Origin: Eledone cirrhosa
Taxonomy: Eukaryota
Reading direction: 5' to 3'
NCBI GenBank assembly: GCA_964016885.1
Contig: OZ024743.1
Span: forward strand, 264,492,001 to 264,556,000
DNA length: 64,000 nt
Shown here piece after piece: positions 55,978 through 64,000 of this stretch (positions are counted from its first letter, which is position 1; every line of letters starts with the position of its first letter). Position numbers and translations under genes: made by a program. The notes below the pieces were generated by a model that saw only the letters and a program-made list of their open reading frames with translations, searched no databases and was not told the DNA's origin.

Positions 55978-56566
55978 GGAATAGAATGAAACGAAATTAC
56001 GCCGTAAATGATCGGTAAACTGATACGTGCATATATATGTGTGCATGTATGTATATATATACATGCTACTGTACGTCTGTATACATATATGTATGTACGT
56101 ATACATACATACATACATACATACATACATACTTACATTTAAGTAACTGCCGTACTAAGAGTGAGAAATGAAATTTCGTTTCATTCTATTCCATTTATCG
56201 TTTTCGGTGCGCCCAGCCGTCTAAACTCACTCGATATGCAAATTAGGCTGCTCAGCCGTTAATATGCATAAAGAAAGTATATACTTTCAGATGATCAACC
56301 ATCTGGCAGGAAGGTATACGATGCTGACGATAGCTAATAAGCTTGAAACTAGTACATCGTTCCTGTGTCAGTGTTGAACAAAAAGGTGACGTGGCTGCCT
56401 AAACTCTGTACGGCATAATTCGGGCTGTTTGTTTGTTTACAAACAAACAAACCGCGCATTATAATAAATGTTCGGTAAAGCGATACGTGCTTATATATAT
56501 GTGTGCATGTATGTATATATATGCATACTACTCTACGTCTGTATACATATATGTATGTACGTATAC

Positions 56567-56580
<14 letters not shown>
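55974..56580 (+). mobile_element. Retrozyme-like monomer (460 bp) with ~110-bp terminal redundancy and a 25-bp 5' inversion
   Basis: Direct repeats start at 56006 and 56466. 55974-55998 is the reverse complement of 56172-56196. Contains an HHR and an octamer (56236-56243). Confidence 0.8.
56307..56365 (+). ncRNA. Type I hammerhead ribozyme
   Basis: CAGGA aggtat ACGATG-CTGACGA-tAGC taataa GCTt-GAAA-CTAG-TA-CATCGT TCCTG. Palindromic ACTAGT stem III and a bulged stem I. Confidence 0.92.
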
Positions 56581-56625
<45 letters not shown>

Positions 56626-56628
<3 letters not shown>

Positions 56629-57205
56629 TCCTTACGATTCGAACACATGCATGTTTATATTAGTGTTCATCTTTCTTGTTTATTCAATTATATTGTACGG
56701 CTCGGAAAAGCTTTTTCTTAGAGCTATTTAATTGTAAGAGACTACCCTGAGTTCTTAACTCAATATGTATTTGACGGCTCCATCATGTAGAGCTAATTTC
56801 TATTGTCCTGTCAGCCAGACTGCTATTTTTAGCGGCAGGGAATTTCGAGACAAGCTGGGTTACGAATGACACGGGCGATAATTCATATCATACACCATTC
56901 ATTCTCAAATATTTTTTAGAAGTGAAAAGATCACTAATTTATCAACAACTACTGATGAACAGAGAAACGTGAGAACTTCACTTAATAAGTCGTTGTGAAA
57001 GAGTCTCCAACACTGTCTAGTTGTTACCAGGCATTTTTGTCCAATATAGGTATGTTATTTTTCTTAATTTTTCTTAATTTAATATTTAAAGTTAAGGATA
57101 ACAAACTATATTGCTGTGATTAGTATTTTTTCACCCTAGTAAATTTGGTCCTTACGATTCGAACACATGTATGTTTATATTAGTGTTCATCTTTCTTGTT
57201 TATTC

Positions 57206-57213
<8 letters not shown>
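56626..57213 (+). mobile_element. Retrozyme-like monomer (520 bp) with 68-bp terminal direct redundancy
   Basis: TGGTCCTTACGATTCGAACACATG...TATTCAATTATAT at 56626 and 57146 (1 mismatch). Internal HHR, (TA)n flanks. Confidence 0.82.
56944..57025 (+). ncRNA. Type I hammerhead ribozyme
   Basis: AACAACTA-CTGATGA-ACAG..TTGT-GAAA-gAGT ctccaac ACTg-TC-TAGTTGTT. 8-bp stem I, GUC triplet, one G.G mismatch in stem III. Confidence 0.85.
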
Positions 57214-57266
<53 letters not shown>

Positions 57267-57307
57267 CGAAACATAAGTCAATTGCATGAACTCATAATCC
57301 TTTATTT

Positions 57308-57363
57308 ACTGCTATATATATTTCGATGATAGCTATTGAATGGCTATGACCTCATCAGGCAGT
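57308..57363 (-). ncRNA. Type I hammerhead ribozyme
   Basis: ACTGC-CTGATGA-GGTcATAGC cattcaata GCTATcATC-GAAA-TATATA-TA-GCAGT, followed by AATAAA. Confidence 0.88.
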
Positions 57364-57435
57364 TAGTCAGTTCTTAGATATGCCAGCTCTGTGCTTATAG
57401 TGTTCATGGTATCAGAGCCTTGGGACATATATATA

Positions 57436-59272
57436 CAGTATGTCCACGATATACGGTAGTTCTTTATCCGGTAAATTCGCAAATACGGTTTTGGGTAATT
57501 ACTAACATCAAGTCTATTTACGGTAAAAAAATATTCACAGATACATTTTTTATACGTGTTTTGTTTATATTGTACCGTAGCGCCACCTGTAGTAAGCAAT
57601 AAATTCCCCCTTGAATTCGTGGAAAGTGACTGCTATTCGAATTCTAGGAAAACTGGTTCGGCAATTCAGTTCGGCAAACTAGCATGTTCTCTCAGTGAGA
57701 GAATTTTTGCCGAACTGAAGTGACCAATTAAGAGTTATGATGTCATTCAAAGTAAGAGAAAACCCGACGGAGTGTTTCTGGAGCATAATTATCACGGCAT
57801 ATCTTATAACCCCATATCTCATGGCCCCAAAACGTCCTTCGAATATTGCTGATTCAGATGGAAAGGCCAAACGCATGAGGAAGAGCCTGAATTTGGAGAT
57901 AAAGCTGAGCATTTTGAAAAGGAAGGAACAGGGGCTAGGTTCGTCCGCCATAAGTCGTAACTTAGGCCTAGCCCAGTCTACAGCGTGGACTGTTTTAAAA
58001 AATAGTGAGGCTGTCAAAAAAGCTGAGTCTACAGAGTAAATTGTTGACCAAACATCGTGAGCCGATTTTGGATAGGATGGAAACGTTGCTCAAAGTTTGG
58101 ATCGACGACCAAAATCGTCAAAATATACCTCTGTCTTTAAATGTAATCTTGAGAAAGCATTGTCCATTATTGACAGCCTCAAGACTGAAATAAGGGTGGA
58201 GGACTTTGTATTCAAGGCAAGCAAAGGCTGGTTTGATAAGACTAATCAGAAAATATTGAGGTTTTGTTTCTCCCCCCAAACACCACATCTCTCATTCAGC
58301 CGATGAATCAAACAGTCATCAAAACATTTAAGGCATACTACCAGCGGGGAACCATGCAGCAGCTGATAAAGGGCACAGATGGGCCACGATCAGAGAATGG
58401 TGGAAATTGTACAATATCAAGCACGGCTTAGACAACATCAAGGCATCTTGGGAAGAAGTGAAGCACTTGGCCTGGAAGAAATTATGGCCAGCATGTGTGA
58501 ATATCTTCGAAGGCTTTGCTGAGGACATTGGTGCGATAAAAAAAGATATTATAAATCTCTGCCATAGAGCTGGCTTCGAAGGTGTTAATGATGATGATGT
58601 GCAAGACCTTTTGGAAAGCCATGCTGGACCACTCTCCAATGATGAACTCATAGAACTAAACAAGGCGCTACAGGAGACAGAAAATGAAGAGGAGGAAAAA
58701 GACTATACTGAGCGTGTCTTCGACATAAAAACTCTAAGAGAATGTCTCGGGAGTATCGAAACAATCTTAGAAACCCTGAAGGAGCGTCACCCCAACCCTG
58801 CTAGGAGCAGCAATGTGGCTCAAGATTCGAGAAAATCGTCAAGATTTACCAAGAAATGTATGAAGCCAAAAGAAACACCGCCAAACAGTCCTCCAGCAAC
58901 CCTTTCTTCAAGCCAGTCACTCCTGCCAACCGTGTTACAGATGGCCCTTCAACATCCACTGATGTCAACGAGTTTGTTGGTTTTGAGCCTCCCACATCAC
59001 TCTCATCCTCCCCTGCCAACTGAGCCCAAGAGGAGTAAGGGCTGAAACCCATACTGTCCCTTAGCCTCAGGAGGTACAAATGAAGAGGCACATCATCTGA
59101 TGGACTACACGGCATGTGTAAGGTACAATAAATTAAAAAAAAAACATTATTTCTTTTCTGTAGGGATAACTTTTTCGATGAACTGGAACACATCCCTATC
59201 TATTTCATGTTATAATTCGATATACGGTAAGGGTTTCAGGAATGGATATGTACCGTATATCGAGGATATATA
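57436..59272 (+). mobile_element. Tigger/pogo DNA transposon, internally deleted
   Basis: TA|CAGTATGTCCACGATATACGGTA left TIR and TACCGTATATCGAGGATATA right TIR. CENP-B-type HTH (MAPKR..RKSLNLEIKLSILKR), WIDDQ, FKASKGWF, then directly FLPPNTTSLIQPMNQ. Confidence 0.9.
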
Positions 59273-59473
59273 TATATCTTAATAATCTCCCAATTGGTTG
59301 AGATTAATTTTGGCGATATATGGCTGCGCTTTCTAGCAGCAAGCCTACCCGCCGCAAGCAACCAATCACACGCTTTCTCTCTGGCTGGTACACAGCTACA
59401 TAGCGATCTTAGCCATTTTTGAATCTAAATTTGGCGCGGTCGGTTTGAGAAACTTAATGTCTGATTCTGAGTT

Positions 59474-59553
59474 TATCTCCTGATGAAACCTAACTCAGGA
59501 CAATTCCATATTATTTGAATGTCCTAAATAAGGAAGAAACCACGGTAGAGATA
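59474..59553 (+). ncRNA. Type I hammerhead ribozyme with extended stem II
   Basis: TATCTC-CTGATGA-aaCCT..(AGGACA/TGTCCT)..AGGaa-GAAA-CC ac GG-TA-GAGATA. Two A.A mismatches at the base of stem II. Confidence 0.8.
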
Positions 59554-59864
59554 TAATTACGGTATGTGCGCATTTCTGCTAAGTTTAATTTTACTACTAA
59601 TTATGTGCGGTTGATGGTATATTTGATCGGATTCTGCATGTTGCCGAAATGTTTGATAAATAGTGGAACGGAGCTGCCGCGAAGAGGCTACAATCAATTG
59701 CTTGTCAGAGATTTCCCCGTAAGAAAATTTAATCTTAAAGCTTGCTAGATTTGATTTTGTATATGGTTAATTATGCTAATTAGAAGAAGAAATAGTATAT
59801 ATTTTAATATCTGATTGAATCTATAGACATGATTTATGATAAATATATATATATATATGTATAT

Positions 59865-61710
59865 TAAACTTTTACCCTTTTGCCTGTTCCAGCCATCCGG
59901 TTGAGGCCAAGCTGGGGCACCGCGCTTGTTGCTACACATTTTATCTCAAGCCTCTATTGGTTGGCCACTGGTGCAAGAGGGAGTTCGATGCTGCTGCCCT
60001 TAGGTTTCCCTCATGCCTTGCTGTGGGCTCAGCCGGGATCCTGAATAGCAAGGTGTCGAGGAGTTTTTTGAAGACATCCACATCCACACCATGCAGATCT
60101 CTCAGATCCCTCGGCAGCTTATTGATGAGTTGACAGCCCTTGAACCCCAGGCTATTGCAATATCTGCTCCTTATTCTAAATGTGGAAGACGGGACCTTTG
60201 GCACCAAACAGTGACGTCCTTTTCGGCAGTTGGTCCAGCTCCCAATGTCAAAGTTTGGTGCAAATAACAGCCTGTGTGTGAGGGCCAGCAGGGACTCCGT
60301 CTGTCTATGTTCTATTAATGTCATTCCAGGGACGAGGTGGCCCTCAGGTCATTTGACCTTTGGCAGGTTGAAGTATCCCAGCAGGAGAATATTGAAACCC
60401 TGGTCCAGTTTGTCAAGGACCTATTCTATCTTATTGAGCCTATCCTCAAATTTCCTCTTATGACTGGGGTCATCGGGCGGTCGATATGTGACACATATTC
60501 CTGTCTTTAGTTGCTTCATATGTACTATCAGTGTGTCACAGACTGAGTTTGAATGTTTCAACAGTACAATTGGTGTGACATCTTCACGGATATACAGAGC
60601 AACGGCACCATGAGTTCTCTCCTTCCTGCCCGAACGAAATACAGTTTATTTTGGTATATGTATTTCCGCATCTGCTATACTGCTTGTCAGGTGCGTTTCG
60701 ATTAGTGACATGCATGATGCTTGATTGTTTATGGCTAACTCTCCCAGGTAGGACATTTTACTCATGTTAGTGAGATTCACCAGGCCTCTGACATTCAGCA
60801 GCAGCACTGGTGTGACTTTTGGGGTACCAGCAATGGCTGTCGGTATGAGACCTGGCCTGGTATCAGCGGCGGCCACTCTGGGGGGTCCCTTAATTGTGGT
60901 CATCTCGAGTGCTGGTGGCTCTGAAAACGATGCAGCCAGGTCAGCTGTCCCACAATCTCCTCTGTCATCACTAAAAGATGTTTTGCTCTGCTGCTGCCAT
61001 CTGTATCTCGTCGGCATATGCGTGCCTTCTCCTTGTTGGAGCGGCACGCACGACATCAGCATACTTTTAGGGCAGCTTGATTGGGTTTTGGCTAGGGCAT
61101 ATTGTGCGAGAAGGATGGGCATAGTTCGCTTGGGCCTGGGGTGAGCGAATCTGCAGACTGTCTCTGTCTCTCCATGCCAGCAGGTCCCGTTCCTGAAGAA
61201 CTTGCACGTTAACTGTGTTTTCTTGCTCCCTGTGTCCCGGCGCTTTCTGTTGTTCCTTTGGACACTTGTCCACTGGTCCCTCTCTGTTTGGTTCTCCTTC
61301 GGAAGGTGATTTCGCTTCTCACCTTTACCGTTTGTTTGTTGGTTTCCCGACCTGCTCTCCCTGACTGTGGCGGCGGGTATCTCATTTTCTTTCAGGTCCG
61401 CGTTTGTGCCTTCTTCCTTTTCTTTTTTTATTTCCTCTCTCTTTCTCTCCGTTTTTCTCCTCCTTGAAGACACGGCTTAGCATCGCCATATGTGGTGCTA
61501 TGAGGACATAGGCCTTCTCGATTTCTTTTCTTTTTCTTTCTATCTGCACCAGAGTCTTCAGAAAGCCATGGTCTCCACAATCTTTTTGCTTAGTGGTGCC
61601 CCATCAGCCAGGCTCCACCCTTTGATCAAAACCGCTAGTTCCATCTTTAACCAGTTTCGCTGGCTTTTAATTTCACCTTTTCCCTGCATGCAGTCCATTT
61701 TGCTGTAGAT
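59865..61710 (-). mobile_element. CR1-group LINE with ORF1 (CCCH zinc finger), endonuclease start and 3' end, RT deleted
   Basis: CKFFRNGTCWHGETETVCRFAHP; LLNVRGL, LIETHL, LLGYFNLP; fused near 60262 to C-terminal GRHCLVP..YCNSLGFKGCQL..FKKLLD..AASNSLLHQ. Confidence 0.85.
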
Positions 61711-62814
61711 GAGAGAGAGAGAGAGAGAGAGAGGTTGAAGGTTAGGGAAAAGGTTAGAGAGGGAAAGAGAGAGGGAGAGAGAGATAAGTCCAGTGAGAAA
61801 TGTAAGAAGCGATTTAGAGGGAATGAGAGAGTGAGAGAGAGAGAGTGAGTGAGGGAGAGAGAGAGAAAGAAGAAGAAGAATAAAAAAGAGAAAGGGGAGA
61901 GATAGGAGAGAGACAGAAGAGAGGAGCGAGAGAGATAGTGGGAATAGTGGGGGGGGGTGAGAGAGAGAGGGAGATAAGTCCAGTGAGAAATTCAAGGTTC
62001 GATTTAGAGGAGAAGAGAGAGGGAGATAGGGAGAAAGAAAGAAGGAAAGAGACAGAGTGAAAGATAGCAGCGTATACTTGAAACGGTCAAATATTAATAA
62101 TTAATGTCGTTCGAAAAACAAAAAATATTTCGCGATTAAAACACCAAAACAAAGTGAAAACAAATGATATCAACATGAAATATAAAAGGAGACAAAATAA
62201 ATAAATAAAAATAAATTAATGAAACCCAAATAAACTAAAGATATAGAATCGCGAAAGATTTATATAAGTTGATTTTAACTGCAGGTATCGGCTTGTTTAC
62301 AAATATAAACAACGGATACCGTATATATATATCGTGAAACGTAGTTATCACAATATCAATATATCAAAAACATTAACAAATATATATGCTCACTGAGTTA
62401 AAAATGAAAATAAAATTATATTAAATCACGTTACGCAAAATAAAATAAAATTAGATTACGTTACGTTACGTAACTAGCTTTCTATATTATGTATGACAGA
62501 CCAAAGAAAGCACGTGTGTGTGTCTCGTTTTTTAGAATATAATCAAACAGCGAAAATAAACCCATTTAAAACGCTAGGATACGTAAAGTAATCGCGTCAA
62601 AATACAGATACTTATCTTTTACGAGGTTTTGTGTTAATTCTAGGGAATTAGCACAGCAAAATCTTCCTGATTTCTGTCGATTTAAATTTCAAATCTCGCG
62701 GTAAGGGAAAACACGACCAAACAACAAGTTGCCAAGCCTATATACCTATATATATATATGTGTATACAATTAGACATCAACCATTAGTAGAATTATATAT
62801 ATATATGTATATAT

Positions 62815-64000
62815 ACAACTAGACATCAACAATTACTACTCCTCTATCTCTCCCATAGTCCTGAACAAGGCACTCATATTCACGATCAATAGGACAGACT
62901 TAACATGCGACGAGGTCCGAATCATACACGCCGCCAGAAAGACCCTGATCCGATTCAGTGGGGACATATGGACCCGGAGCGACTGGTCAAGTAATTTTGG
63001 CATTACAATGGGCTCCAGTGACTCTGCGCAACTAACGGTGTTGGTTGGGATATACATACTCTACGAGATCAGGAGAGAAATACCCAACCTGGGTGGCGGG
63101 CTGTACCGAGACGACACACTCTTCACCGTAGTGGACAAGAGCACCACAATGGTCGAAAATATGAAGAGGAGAATTAGGCACTTCTTTACCAAGGTAGGAC
63201 TTAAAGTAGAGATGAAACCCAATAGAAAAGTAGTGAATTTCCTGGACACCACGCTCAACCTCAACACCAAGCTACACCACCCATATCATAAACCCAATGA
63301 CGAGCTGGTGTATATCAACGCTGGGTCCAAGCACCCTAGATCTATAGTTAAGGCCGTAGATAAGAGTGTCTCTGACAGGATCTCTAACTTGTCGGCCAAT
63401 AAAGAGATCTTCAATAGTAACGCTGATTACTATACCTCAGCGCTAGCTAAGGCATCCCACAGCCATAGGATCAGCTATAACCCTAAGGGACATGATCGAG
63501 ATGACCCAAGGGTACCCCGGACCAATAGCCTCAGGGGCATGAGTCGCCCACCTAATACCTCGGTGACCAGTAGTAACACTTCCAGACCCCTATCCGTCAC
63601 CACCCAAGATATAATGTCCCCCATACCGCACCGGTCTAATACCTACAACGCTGAAGACCACTGTGCTGCGGAGAATAGGCACCCCTGCACCGGCCCCAAC
63701 ACCCGCCGAACCCTAATTGAGCAGGGAGGCCGCACCTCGCAGGTTTATAGCCCTACGGTGGGTCCATAAAACCCTCATGATAGTGACCGCTCCGCACACA
63801 AGAGTGATACCAACCGAGCTCGACCTGAGCTGTGCACAACCAGGCGATGGACCACGGCAGACACCCAACAACCCCTCAGGAATAGGACCAGGAAGGTCAC
63901 ATGGTATAACCCTCCGTACTCGGTGGGTCTACGTACCAGCCTGGCTAGAACATTCTTTAGAGTACTGGATAAATGTTTCCCTAGGGCCCACAAGTACCAT
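62815..64000 (+). mobile_element. 5'-truncated Penelope-like element (Naiad-like RT), runs off the window
   Basis: QLDINNYYSSISP, ITMGSSDSAQLTVLVG, GGGLYRDD, VNFLDTTLNL, PYHKPN, WYNPPYS. Starts in (TA)n. Confidence 0.9.

Noticed and set aside
62278-62330. Hairpin GGTATC..TTGTTTA/TAAACAA..GATACC next to a TA tract
   Set aside because: It could be an HHR stem II relic, but neither core segment is recognisable.

Overview
AT-rich, repeat-saturated eukaryotic DNA with no intact host gene visible. The tRNA-derived SINE and the microsatellite landscape resemble octopus/cephalopod genomes (inference). Most long ORF-track hits are (TA)n/(TG)n translation artefacts. Recognisable elements: a full-length decayed Helitron (minus, 1716-~8368); six Penelope-like element (PLE) copies or fragments (three Naiad-like, one GC-rich near full-length, two GIY-YIG 3' ends); two RTE-type and two CR1-type LINE copies; a Tc1/mariner; a Tigger/pogo; SINEs; and a possible decayed multi-pass membrane protein gene. 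The main unexplained signal is RNA-structural. I hand-folded 15 type I hammerhead ribozymes (HHRs) with intact CUGANGA/GAAA/NUH cores, plus about 8 decayed ones, from many unrelated sequence families. Some lie in PLE 3' ends. Others lie in short non-coding units flanked by (TA)n, as a single 320-630 bp monomer with terminal direct redundancy (as expected from reverse-transcribed circular RNA), as fold-back palindromes with HHRs on both strands, or with flipped hairpin loops and an upstream ATGCAAAT octamer. This looks like a diverse, microsatellite-anchored retrozyme/PLE system. All folds are by eye; activity is untested.
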